NCBI RefSeq assembly: GCF_006345805.1
Contig: NC_042998.1
Location: forward strand, 156,302,001 to 156,366,000
Source of the DNA: Octopus sinensis
Lineage: Eukaryota
Direction: 5' to 3'
DNA length: 64,000 bases
The position numbers were made by a program, and so were the translations under genes. Below, piece by piece: positions 12,625 to 25,541 of the stretch. Within the stretch, counting starts at the first letter, position 1. Every line of letters starts with the position of its first letter. Under the pieces are notes generated by a model. That model was not told the origin of the DNA. It saw only the letters and a program-made list of their open reading frames with translations, and did no database searches.

Positions 12625-12985
12625 TGTAATAATGTATGTAAACGCTTGTGTATAATAAGATAGGTGAATTGATAACTATTTGCATTAAATTTATTTCGTT
12701 TAAGAAAGACATAAAGATCACTCGAACTCATTTCCTTCCTTGTATAAATTTTAGAAAATTCTTTTATTGTTGCAGTTACTACTACTTGTACTTGTAATTT
12801 TAAGGATGTTTTTCTTCTCTATTTTGAACTTAACCTACTGGCAAATTGACTCGACCAGCTTCCATGCAACTGGAAAGAGATTCTATATAAACTACTGAGA
12901 CAATTTCCAACGAATATTACTTTTAAATCTATTTTATAGAACATTTTAAAAATAACTATAAATAAACGTCACCAGTTTAGCAACA
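12625..12985 (+). mobile_element. Possible solo LTR
   Basis: TGTAAT...GCAACA termini, TATATAAA at about 12884 and AATAAA near the end. No TSD found. Confidence 0.25.
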
Positions 12986-13222
12986 ATTACTTGACATCCA
13001 TTTACATTGGTATTGTGCAGATAATAATATCGCTCCTATGCCTTCACATTTTACCAAGAAATTGTCGTTTTCCAGGTTTTCATTTTCTGGAATGGTCTCT
13101 GAACTGTAACTTGACTGCTTAATAGATTACACGAAGCAGTGAACGAGAATATATTGAGATATGTACGTATGCATGTATACATACATACATACATACATAC
13201 ATACATACATACATACATACAT

Positions 13223-13580
13223 ACATACATACATACATACATGGTGGCTGCCCCTCGTTATCGAGTATGGCCATTGCACGAAGCTTAATCAATGTTGTTA
13301 TCGTGCAATGCCTGTGCAAGAAGATTTTTTTTAAAGTGAGGAAAGGCTGTGCACTGAGTCAATCCCACTCACTAAGCAACAGCAGCCATAATCCGAAAAG
13401 AAGAACAAGTCAGCATCATCGGTAACCACTGAGCCGCAGGTTTTATGTCGAAGTTATCCCAGTTACCTGAGTTACCTTCTCCTAGAAGGATGCCCTAACA
13501 AAAGCTAGGAGTCCTTCACTCCCAATGGTTTAACCGCGCGATCGGGTATTCAATCCGATTATTTCTATGTCCCCGCGCAT
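13223..13580 (-). mobile_element. Non-coding structured element (RTE-5'UTR-like) inside (ATAC)n arrays
   Basis: Flanked by (ATAC)n on both sides. The minus-strand motif GGCATCCTTCTAGGAGAAGGTAACTC resembles RTE 5' regions (from recall). Confidence 0.35.
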
Positions 13581-13779
13581 GATACATACATACATACATG
13601 CATGTTTGTGTGTGTGATATACATATATCGATTATACATAAGAATGCGTCTGATCTGTAAGACAGACTGAAAGAAAAGAAAAGATGATCACGTGAGGAAA
13701 AGATGGGAGTAGGTGGACCTAATGAAGGGTGGTTCTTTATGTTACTTGTCTTGTTTTCCATTTGTCCTGTACCCATATA

Positions 13780-13781
13780 TG

Positions 13782-13826
<45 letters not shown>

Positions 13827-13858
13827 TATATATATTATATATATAATATATATATATA

Positions 13859-13896
<38 letters not shown>

Positions 13897-13962
13897 TATA
13901 TATATTTTTTATATATATTATTATGATTGAACGCCACACATACATGTATGTGTGTGTGTGAG

Positions 13963-14014
<52 letters not shown>

Positions 14015-14068
14015 TTCAGATGAATATGGGACTTAAGTTGAGGCACTTGCATATTTTGATATATATAT

Positions 14069-14122
<54 letters not shown>

Positions 14123-14130
14123 CATACATA
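13780..14130. repeat. (TA)n/(GA)n compound microsatellites
   Basis: Directly visible. Confidence 0.9.
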
Positions 14131-14184
14131 CATATAGTGAGAATTTACAAAAAAACACAAAGACGGGTGTGTAAACAACAAACA

Positions 14185-14325
14185 GATGTATTAGTTTAAT
14201 GTCGGGAAGCGAGAAAGTCTTTTATGTTTCGAGCCTACGCTCTTCGACAGAAAGGAACACAGAAATAAATAGGGAGAGAAAATAGAAAAGGTTTGGAGGC
14301 TAGCGATCTATCATGGCGAAATATA
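14185..14325 (-). mobile_element. Penelope-like terminal (pLTR) fragment
   Basis: Shares GTTTCGAGCCTACGCTCTTC with 44203-44222 at the end of the PLE. Confidence 0.65.
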
Positions 14326-14364
14326 TACATATGTATATATATGTATGTGCGAGTGTTTATTTAT

Positions 14365-14413
<49 letters not shown>

Positions 14414-14438
14414 AATGTGTCTACACATATATCTATAT

Positions 14439-14560
14439 ATCACCGTGATCACCGTGACCGACCAGGCTATCAGATGTTGCTACACATCGCTGGTCACAAT
14501 GCGCTTCATATTGTTTTAGCCTTCAAATGACGCTACTCCGCTGGCTAAGCGAACAGGCCA

Positions 14561-14561
<1 letters not shown>
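14439..14561 (-). mobile_element. 5'-truncated SINE tail (family of 26124-26421)
   Basis: About 85% identical by eye to 26124-26232; flanked by TA repeats. Confidence 0.8.
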
Positions 14562-14617
<56 letters not shown>

Positions 14618-14625
14618 CATATGTT

Positions 14626-14676
<51 letters not shown>

Positions 14677-14902
14677 TATATATATGTGTGTGTGTGTGTT
14701 GTGTGTGTGTGTGTGTGTGTATATATGTATATCTTCTTTATGCATGTACCTGATGTAACTGCACAAATTGATGCAACACAATTAGATGCACAAATTCCTA
14801 CCTATAAGGGAGTTTCAGGATGAATCGAAACGATCGTCGTACTGAATAAAAAGACTAGTAGCAAATCTATCTTCCGTTTCCTTCATCAATTATATATATA
14901 TA

Positions 14903-15657
14903 TGGTCATCTCCATAAATAATGCGTTTTTTTTTGTACTTCTTTTATTTTTCAAAATTAAGATAAGCAAAATTCTTTCTTATTCTAATATATACTCTCCT
15001 TCATTTTTCCACCATGCTCTTTCATCTACCTGGTAGGCTTGCAAGGCTCCTCTTCCAAATTCACTTGTCCGTGACGAAAAATACTCCTCCAGTACTGCTC
15101 TGACCTAGTGTACAGAATTCATATTTTTGCCGTCCAAATGATTTTGAAGACTGCGGAATGAATGATTATTAGACGGGGCAATATCCGGCGAATATGGTGG
15201 GTGGGGCATCGCTTCCCATTCAAACTGCTCCAGCCTTGTATGTGGCCGAGCATTATCCTGAAGGAAGAACATCTTTCGTCTTGAAACCAAAGATGGTCGT
15301 TTTTCTTCTAGCACTGACTTGAATGACTGGTTGAATGACCAAATCCAAGCATCTCTGCTAGTTCCTCTACAGTTAAGATGGGATCTTGTTTCACCAGGAT
15401 TTGCAGGACATCCTCGTCGAGCTCTACACATCTTCCAGGACGAGGTTCGTTTTCTAGGCTGTAGTTTCCGGCTCGGAGTTTCTGGAACCACTGCTGACAT
15501 TGGCTTACGCTTATTGTCCGATCCCTATATACTGCATGAATATTCCTCGCACTTTCCGTTGCGTTGTTATCTTTATTCAACTAATAAATCAAAATATGCC
15601 GAATATGCTCCTATTTCATGCAGCTGGGGAAAAAACGCATTATTTATGGGATTACTA
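14903..15657 (-). mobile_element. Internally deleted mariner
   Basis: Imperfect TIRs (..CCATAAATAATGCGTTTT at both ends). ORFs carry WFQKLRAGNYSLENEPRPGR, LQDNARPH and HPPYSPDIAPS. Confidence 0.85.
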
Positions 15658-15666
15658 CATATATAT

Positions 15667-16408
15667 AGCAATAATAAATCTCTGAGCGAGAGGTAAACAG
15701 TAAGCACTCGACAACGTAAAGTATACTAGCCATCTCAATATGGCTAACCACTAGGGGTGGGTGTTACTGTAGCTTTTTAGCCCCAGGAGATCATCGTCTC
15801 CAGCTGGCTTTAGACACAATTTTTGTGCGCTTATGATATTTGCAAAGGGAGGTCATCCCCTCTCGAAAACCTAAATGATACGCATGGACTGCAGTTTCGA
15901 GATTATTGTCTCTTGTCAACACACGCTAATCACCGGTTTTCGATGAGGAGAGACCTGTTTGCGAATATCTATTTAATGTTTTTCCCAGTAACCACTGTCA
16001 CTAATTTCAAAAAACGGTATGAAAGCAATAATAAATCTCTGAGCGAGAGGTAAACAATAAGCCCTCGACAACGTAAAGTATACTAACCATCTCAATATGG
16101 CTAACCACTAGGGGTGGGTGTTACTGTAGCTTTTTAGCCCCAGGAGATCATCATCTTCAGCTGGCTTTTGGTACAATTTCTGTGCCCTTATGGTATTTGA
16201 AAAGGGAGGTCATCCCTCTCTCGTAAACCTAAGTGATACGCACGGACTGCAGTTTCGAGGTATTTGCCTCTTGTCAACGTACGGCAATCACCGGTTTTCG
16301 ATGGAGGGGGACCTGTTTGCAAATATCTATTTAATGTTTTTCCCAGTAACTACTGTCACTGATTTCGAAAAACTGTCTGCAAGCAATAATAAATCTCTGA
16401 ACGAGAGT
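15667..16408 (-). ncRNA. Tandem 357-358 bp retrozyme-like array with two type I hammerhead ribozymes
   Basis: Unit starts at 15667, 16024 and 16382. Minus-strand HHRs at 15880-15926 and 16239-16283: stem I-UUGACAA-stem II-GAAAC-UGCA-GUC-stem I. Confidence 0.85.
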
Positions 16409-16439
16409 TTTATTATAGCTTGCAGAATTATTGCTTGCA

Positions 16440-17108
16440 GACAGTTTTTCGGGGTATGAATTAAAAAGTTTCTGTGAGAGGTATGCAATCAATCACAACT
16501 CTAATCCGCCGTACCACCTGAGATCAAATGAGCAAGCAGAAAGGTTCGAAGACACATTTAAGCGAGCAATAAAATTTTTAAAATTCAGAATATGAATTAA
16601 GAAATGATGCAGCACTAACTCAATTCTTAATAGTTTACAGGGTAACACCTAACCAGAACACCTGTTCAAGCAAGTCGCTCGCAGAATTAATGCTTGCCCG
16701 GAAGACAAAATAAATTTTTGATAAATTTTTACCTACCAAAAAAAAAAAAAAAACCCAAGAAACACAACAAAGTATTTTAATGTGGGAGATAAAGTTTATT
16801 TCAAAATATATAAGAATGGAAGACAAGGACAGTATAGTGACAAAAGGAATAAGCAGTATGATGTACATAATAAAAAGTTAAATAGGAGAGCACAAACGAC
16901 ATTTGAACCAGCTGAAAACTAGACATACCGAAAAAAGAGAAGAAATATCAATGGAAATTTGTTATGACTTGTTCGATATTCCAACGCCAAGAGGTTGATC
17001 AGCAATAGAAAGCGTAAACAAACAGAATAACTAGAAAAAGTCCTTAAGCAACAAAAAAAGAAAATTAAAACTTCTGAGTAAGTTAAAATCTCAAAAAAGG
17101 GAAAGGTG
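16440..17108 (+). mobile_element. Gypsy integrase C-terminal fragment and PPT
   Basis: Manual translation: ELKSFCERYAINHNSNPPYHLRSNEQAERFEDTFKRAIK, then YRVTPN..LAELMLARK. Purine tract at about 17093-17106. Confidence 0.8.
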
Positions 17109-17559
17109 AAAACGAAAGAAAAAAAAGAAGAAAATTAAATTAAACTCCAGTATATCATGCAACAGTGATTCATATATCGACGGGTAGAAATCCACAGTAT
17201 CAAACAGTATGAATTTCTCTTTATCTTTATTGTGAATGGATTTGAACCAAGATATCACCGGCGAGTTATTAGTCTTTAATTACAGGGTCGAAGACTCCTT
17301 TATTTTATTATTAATGTTTCTTCATTTTTGTTTTTTGCTTGTTTCATATCCTGCCACAGGTTGGTATATGTAAAATTAGGTAGCAGAAGTTTAATCAACG
17401 TGTTAATAATTACAGTTCTATGTTGGATCCCATTATACACAATTACATTGTGAGCAAAATTTTCAAGAATTCGTTTTTCAATTTGGCTTGCGAACTGTGA
17501 ATTATATTTTGTTATTGTTGAAAAATTGTTAGACTGTTGTTATACGTTGAAAAGTCTTG

Positions 17560-20500
17560 CTATTACTGCTTGCGACAGTTATTTGATTCCCCCTTGCTTG
17601 AAGGGGGAATTATCATTTTTGTGGGGGTTTTTGCCCATTTCTGCAATGGATAAATCACCGGAACCTACCATGAGCCGTGGTTTGAAAAATACTATTTTAC
17701 TGGATATGCCAACAGAAGAAACTTTTCTAAATAAATCTGAACCAACGGAAAAAGTCATCAACTTTGCTGCGGCCGCTGGAGTGGCCATAAAAAATTTAAA
17801 TTGTGAACCAAAAGAACTTCAAAAATATAAAGGAATGTTACAAAGTTAGCCCTCCCAATGAGATCACCCACAACACGCTGCGATGCACAGTAATATACAA
17901 GTCTGTTTTAATGAAAACAAAAAATGTGGGCATTACTTCAAAAGAAGCAGTTGTAAAGTGCTTGAGACCCGTTTGACAGGACGTGGCGTTCCTGACTAGG
18001 GGAAGAAAATTTGCCACGATAAAGGTACGATTTAAATCAGAAGACAAAGCCCGGCAATATTCAACAAAATCACTCAAGACGTCAGAAGTGGTGCTCCTGC
18101 ACACATATTTTGGAAGACGGACTTCCAAGATTAGGGTGGGAGAGATTCCATCTGAGGTGGATGCTGCCTGGCTAGAGGCAGCCATTACGATGGACTTGGA
18201 GGATAAAATATCTATCCTTCAAGCCACAGTTATAGAGCACCATAACTGGCTGGGGCAGGGACTCGAAATGCTGGGAAATAATAAGTTGCGCGTAATGGTC
18301 GAGGGGATGAAGCCTCGATGTCACAAATGTGGCCAAAAAAGGCCACATTAGATCCGAGTGTCAGCCACCTCCAGAGAAAACATCAGTGCCTCACCTCCCG
18401 AGAAACCACTAGATTCACCAGAGCCAACTGAGACTTCTCTGGAAGTGGATGCAGCAGAGGAGGAGACGATAGAGGACAAACTGGAAAGCGACGATTGGAA
18501 AACACAAACTTCAAGGAAAAAGAGGAAATCCAACACCCAACCCAACCCTACAAGTCCCACATGCAAAAAAAACTTGCTCAAAACAAACAAACTCCCAACC
18601 CCCATCATTCTCCACCCAACTAGATCTTAATTTTATTGCAGTTAACACTCAAAATTCCAGACTGATCCATAAAAATCAGATTCCCACAGCAGATGTGTTT
18701 AATAATTATGAAGAAAAGACACCAAAAGACTTGAAAATTTTTACCATTGACAGGACCAATTATAGCAGTATAAAAATCGAATTTAAACACGACATAGGCC
18801 CTCTGAGAAAGGATTTCTCTCCTCAGATCTTTGATGGCCTAGTCAAAGACACCTCGCAAGCTCCGGAATAATGGATTGAGATGGGATTACCATCCCCCCA
18901 TCTCCAACTCCAGGTAAAACCACTACCTTTATGACTACTCTCAATGTAGGATGTTTAAATGTACGCAGCTTGGGATCAGTCTGGAAGCAAGGTTGTTTCC
19001 TTAATGACCTCAGGTTGCATAAATTGGATGTAATAGTTGCCGCGGAAACCAAAGCAGGTCTTTCCCTCTCTCCTAAACGGCCACGAGAAATATATTTCTC
19101 TATGCCAACCTGGAGGAGGGAGTGGTGTTGCAGTTCTGCTCAGGAAAAATCTGTTTCCAGAGACAACAACAATCTTATTCGACCCCGAAGGCAGGTTGGT
19201 CGTCCTTGACGTGATGCTCAGCAGTGGTAAGACCTTCAGGCTGGTAGTTGTCTATTTTACCCCGAACGCTGGACAGTTTAACTATTTTAGAAGCCTAGAG
19301 AACTTTCTCGGTACGTCACACACTTTAGTATTGTTAGGAGACTTTAACACAATCTGCGATGCACGAGTAGATTGTGTTGACTCGAACCCGGACAGGAGAG
19401 GAAAACAGTACTTCAACGATCTGCTAGAATTCCCGGACGCTCCATTGTAGACTTGGACTAATAGCGACGGGTCTTCTAGATCTTATTTAGATAGAATAAT
19501 AATTAGGTGCAAAGACAAAAATTTAGCTATGTGTCCACATTTTCACTACGTCAGCTACAGTGATCACAAACATGCGACTATAAGTTTGACTTTGATAGGT
19601 TATGTAGGCAGGGTCCTGGCTACTGGAAACTTAACAAGTCTCTTTTGGCTTGTGAGGAGTACAGGAATCGAAATAGAGGGCATTGGCAAGGAACCATCAT
19701 AAATAACAAATGGTGGTATGTCCTCAATAGAGCCATTAAGGTTAAGTCTATTAGATGTTAAGAAAAATAGAATAGAAAGGACTTTAGTTAAGGCTCTGGA
19801 TGAGGCGCTGAGGTCTGGCTCTGTGTCCCAAGTTTTAGCGGCGAGATTGTCTCTTAACCAACACTTTGAGGCTAAACACGAGGGGTGCATAGTCAGAGCA
19901 AAGTAACGTGCAATAGGACAAGGGAGAATCAAAGCCGTTGGATGGGCCAGTGTGGTAGAGACCCAACGTGGAAACGATGCTACAATAAGGTCTTTGACGG
20001 ACCAACAAAAGAATGTGGTAAACGAACCTGGGGAGATGTGTAACGTCTTTCAAGAGCATTCCGCACAGCTTTTCTGGCGGAGCGGTGGACTGGAGTGCAG
20101 GAGGGACCTCACAGACTTCCTTGCTGGTTTGTCGCATCTCTCGGGGCGCGAGGTGGAAAGCTGTGAAGGGCCGATAACAGCTGTGGAGGAACCTTTGTTG
20201 GACTGCAGCGGGGGCAAGTCGCCGGGGTTTGATAGTCTTCTCGACGAGCTATATTATAGTACACCAGACTTATGTGGGCACCTACTGGCATGTCTTCGCC
20301 AACTGGCAGCAGAATGGGTTTATACCGGGGTTGGTGATACTGCTAAGAAAGGACCCAAACAAGGGCGACTTAGTTGATAATTTCCGACCTGTCACTCTAC
20401 TTAACGCAGAGCTGAAGACTTTGGCCAAGATATAAGCAAGAAAGTTGGCGCGTGTCGTGGGTGGACTCGTTGGGGAGGCACACACATGTGCCATTCCCGA

Positions 20501-21690
20501 CAGATCCATACACGACAATCCCCACCTTCGTGTCTAAGCAAGTTGGAATGACTGTTCTTCCGGTTTTTGTGAAAGGGCAAAGAACCTCTTATAAGGCGCT
20601 CTATCTGCTGCCAACAACCCCTAAAGGGTGGTCAGGGATGCCTTGGCTGATGATGCACAGACATGCGCTGAGGCATCTTTGGCTCTACTTGGATGGTGAA
20701 CGGGTGTGGTCTCCGTTCATCAAATCGATACTCCCGAGGTTCACTAGTTTTAGTGAACTGGAACCGTGGATCTAGTATAGACCGAAGTTGGGAGTTTGGC
20801 AAGCCGAGCGCCGTCTGGCACTCGTGCTCCTCTCCCACATGGGTAATGCCAGCGGGTGGGGAGGATCCGCTTCGTCATTCTATGGAGTGTTGGTAGAGGA
20901 TAAGTGCGATGACATTCTGGGGGAAACCCTGGGTTTCGACGATAATCAACTTGCCAGCCTGTACCAAAGGACATTCGGGCCAGGGACCTTAGATAATTTC
21001 CAAAAGTCTTTGCCTTAGAAATGTTACTGAGGAGCCTTACCAGTTCGCGATAAACTCGCAAAGCATGGTCATTCTTGCTCGCCCACTTGCCTAAGATGCG
21101 AGCAGAACAGTGAAACTGTTCTGCACGCGATTGTACAGTGTCCGAAAATCTCGGAAATGTGGGTTTATGCCGAACAGCTGCTGTCACGTTTAGGAAGAGT
21201 ACAACTGCCTTCCGAATCGATTATAAAGATTGTTCCACCTTCCTCTTTGAGGAAAGGTTTGTTTTCTCACTGTGGTCGCTATAGCGAAAGAAGCAGTATG
21301 GAAGACACGAATGAAAGGTATAGCAACAGGCAACTTCATCTCCAGCCTTGGAAAGGAAAATATGGTTGGAGAGGGGGATGCATGTCGACCAATATATACG
21401 GCAAAAGATGGAAGAATGTAACAAGAATGTTGAGAATGAATGATCCTACATGAGCGTATTAGGGTAACTAAAGGTTTCAGCGGTGGTATGGGGCTTGTGG
21501 GGTCGAATTCGAACCCGTTCCCCACTCCATTGTATCGTTCTTGTATTGTGTAAGCATTCAAATTTGTCATTAATTTTTAACTGTCAACTTTTTGTTGTAC
21601 CATGAGTCGTTCAGACCCCACCACCTTCAGTCGTTCAGACCTTACTGTCCCTTCAATGTTGGCCTTTGGTAGGCAATAAAGTATTACATT
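17560..21690 (+). mobile_element. Tx1/L1-clade LINE, near full length, degenerate
   Basis: ORF1 17646-18630 (INFAAAA, CHKCGQK knuckle). APE: LNVRSL..AAETK..LGDFN..SDH. RT: GKSPGFD, NFRPVTLLNAELK. C-terminal C..C..ETVLH...C at about 21090. AATAAA at 21675. Confidence 0.85.
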
Positions 21691-21799
21691 ATACGTAATT
21701 ACATGCTGTTTTTTCTTTTTGTCCTATTTTTTCTACACAATTACAAAATATCACTTATTACTGTAGTAATCATTGTTCAAACTGAGTCAAAACTTCAAG

Positions 21800-23215
21800 G
21801 CTACAACTACCTTTCGTTCCTATTGTTTATGGGAAATTTTCACTCGATCTTACCTTAGGTCGTAACGAGTTCAGGCCGACGTCCCTTCTCGTGTAGTAGA
21901 CATCTCTCTTGTACTTGTCTTTTAACTTGTGATAATTCTCCTTCAACATGAGGGAACACCTTACACTCAGGTGTAACCCTTCACAATCTTTCGTGTCCAC
22001 CTCTATATCAGAGTTCACCATCTCAACTTCTTTTTTCACTGAAACCATTGCACTGTTGTATAAAACGATAAGGTACCTTTCTCTGGTGGGGGATTGGGGA
22101 TTTGTGGCTGTTGTGCGTTTGCATTATTTGTGTTCATGCTTGGTGGAGTAAGAAGGTTGGTGTCTGAAAGGGGGAGGAGGTTTGGGGTGTGGAGCGGGAA
22201 TGGGTTGGGGTTCTTCCTCGCTGATTTCTTCTTTTCCTCTTCTTCCTGCTCACCTCAGTCCATTCTGTTGATTTTTTTGTACTCCTGGTTTTTCGTTTCC
22301 GTTCTTCTCAGTTCTTGATGCTACTACTGTCGGAGACGCGGTCTTCACTGGATTTTCTTTTGGTCCTTCTATGGGGAGGAGCACTTGGCCCTTATGTGTC
22401 CCAACTGTCCACAGTTGTAGCATCTCGGCCTCCTGCCTTCCACCACAACTCTAAGCCTCACTTCATCTCCCACCGTTATGGTATTGACTATTTCCTCCAA
22501 ATCTTCTTGGGTAGCCTGGATTATCATTTCCAGTGTCTGCCCTAGCCAATTCTTCGCTGGTACCTTTGTCGCCTGTAGGATTGTAAAACTTTCCTCGAAA
22601 CCCATTAAAATTGCCGCTATTATCCAGTTTACGTCCGCCTCCTGAGGTATTCCTTTCACCTTTACCCTGGATGCACGTCTTCCCATGTAGATAGGTAGGA
22701 CTACTTCGTCTGTCATGATGGAGGTCGAGGAATGATACCTGGCTATCACCACGCCGGTAAACCGTACCTTCACCGTCGTGAACTTCGACCCCCTGGCAAG
22801 GTAGGTAATATCCAGCCAGATGGGTCTTAGTGCTTTTTCTATTTGTTCTGTTGTCACTATCTCCACCTTGTTGGATTTCGGGTTCTGTATGTGATACTTC
22901 TTTCCTTGATAATTCTTGTGTTGTCGCTGGAGGTTGACACCTTCACCTCTTGTTCTTCTCTCTTCAACATTTCTTTGTATTTTGGTATTTCTTTTTTGTT
23001 GATACAGATTTCTTCTTTCTTATCACTAGCCGCAGCTGCAAAGTTAATTTCCTTCCTTTCTTCCATTACCTCGTCAATCCTCTCCAGACTTCTTCTCCGG
23101 TCCTCCTCGGACGAGGTCATAGGGGACGAACTAAGACTTTTATAGTCCATTTCAGTATTCACAGCGCCTCTCCCTTCAACCGAGGGAAAACACCAACACT
23201 ACCACCGCAAAGCAG
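21800..23215 (-). mobile_element. Tx1-like ORF1-only element
   Basis: ORFs 22857-23162 and 22369-22866 (CYNCGQLGHIRAKC). No APE motif follows; a small ORF lies at 21827-22048. Confidence 0.75.
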
Positions 23216-23467
23216 CAAAAACAGAGTGTAGAAAACTCGCAGCAGAATAACGTTACAATTACATAAAACAAGCGAGCAACTTACGCGAACTTGGAACCAT
23301 GGTATGACAGCGTCTATAACGTTAAGGGAATAAAAAAAGACTACCAAAACGCTATTTTTCTTTATTTTCCACACACGGTAGAACACAGAGGCTCGGTACA
23401 AGAACAGAGAAAGTGGGGGGGGGGTGAAGAAAACGAATGAAAAGATGGAGTTAAAAAAGGAAAAATG

Positions 23468-23672
23468 AAACCAGTTGTGAAGCAGTGATGAGGGAGAAAC
23501 ACAAAGACACACACACAGACTTACATATATACATACAATTGATTTCTTTCAGTTTCTGTCTACAAAATCCACTGACAAAGCTTTGGTTGGTCTGAGGATA
23601 TAGCAAAAGACACTGAACTAAGGACCATGTGTTTTGGAACCGAGTTTGTTACCACACAGCCACACCTGCACC
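23468..23672 (-). mobile_element. SINE 5' half (family of 1389-1770)
   Basis: Minus strand GGTGCAGGTGTGGCTGTGTGGTAA...GTGGATTTTGTAGACAGAAACTGAAAGAA. Confidence 0.7.
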
Positions 23673-23885
23673 AATGTATGTGTGTGTGTGGGTGTGTGTA
23701 TGGGTGTATATATGTATGCATGTATATATGTGTACATATTACACGTACATCTATACATATACAGCTATATATATATACATGTATATATATATATGTATAT
23801 ATATGTATATATACGTATATATGTATATATATATATATATGTATATATATATTATATGTATATATATATATATGTATATATAATG

Positions 23886-23918
<33 letters not shown>

Positions 23919-24247
23919 GTATATATATATATGTATATATATATATGTATATATTATATATATGTATATATAATATATATATATGTATATATATATATGT
24001 ATATACATATATATGTATATATATATATATATATATGTAGATACATATATATGTATATATATATATATATATGTATGTATATATATATATGTATATATAT
24101 ATATGTATATATATATATGTATATATATATATGTATATATATATATGTATATATATATATGATATATATATATATATATATAATATATATGTATATATAT
24201 GTATGTATATATATGTATGTAATATATATGTATATATATATATATAT

Positions 24248-24278
<31 letters not shown>

Positions 24279-24587
24279 GTATGTATATATATATATATAT
24301 ATATAGTATGTATATATATATGTATATATATATATATGTATTATATATATATATAATATATATGTATATATATGTATGTATATATATATATATGTATATA
24401 TATATGTATATATATATATATGTATATATGTATGTATATATATATATACATATATATACATGTATGTATATATATATATGTATATATATATACATGTATG
24501 TATATATATATACATGTATATATATAATATATGTATATATATATATGTATATAATATATATGTATAATATATATATATATATGTATG

Positions 24588-24665
<78 letters not shown>

Positions 24666-24669
24666 GTAT
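23673..24669. repeat. About 1 kb (TA)n/(TATG) compound microsatellite
   Basis: Directly visible. Confidence 0.95.
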
Positions 24670-24944
24670 GATTTTGATTTTGATTTTGATTTTACCAGTT
24701 TCAGCTAATGAGCTGTGGCCATGCTGGGGCACCGCCATTTGGTTTGCTACACGGTTTTACCTCACGGATGCTTTTTAGCAAACGCCATCTGATGCATGGG
24801 AGAGTTCGATGCAGCTACCCTCATCTGCACCTCCTGCCGTGAAGTTGGTTCATCCGGGACACCTGACAGGAAGAGATCCAGTCCTACTTTAAAGACATCC
24901 GCATCTACACCATGCAGGTCCCTCAGGTTCTTCGGGAGGATATT
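24670..24944 (-). mobile_element. CR1/L2-like family A 3' fragment with (AAAATC)n tail
   Basis: Matches the 3' end of 52320-56423. Encodes ...[21 protein letters not shown]. Confidence 0.9.
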
Positions 24945-24947
24945 ATG

Positions 24948-24979
<32 letters not shown>

Positions 24980-25136
24980 TATGTATGTATATATATATAT
25001 ATATGTATATATATATTATATATATGTATATATATATGTATATATATATATGTATATATATATGTATATATATATATGTATATATATATATTATATATAT
25101 ATGTATATATATGTATAATATATATATGTATATATA

Positions 25137-25173
<37 letters not shown>

Positions 25174-25277
25174 TATGTATATTATATGTATGTATATATA
25201 TATATATGTTATATATATATATATAATATATATGTATATATATGTATGTATATATATAATATATGTATATATATATG

Positions 25278-25308
<31 letters not shown>

Positions 25309-25385
25309 TATATATATATATATATATACATGTATGTATATATATATATGTATATATATATACATGTATGTATATATTATATATG

Positions 25386-25416
<31 letters not shown>

Positions 25417-25462
25417 GTATAATATATATATGTATATATTATATATATATATGTATGTGTAA

Positions 25463-25517
<55 letters not shown>

Positions 25518-25541
25518 TATATATGATATATATATATGTAT

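Noticed and set aside
15667-16408. Tandem repeats as a CRISPR array or simple satellite
   Set aside because: Eukaryotic context, ~357-bp units with no unique spacers and no cas genes; the hammerhead fold explains the unit better.
21560-21800. snRNA/tRNA target site flanking the Tx1 element
   Set aside because: No U2, tRNA or 5S sequence is recognisable at either flank.
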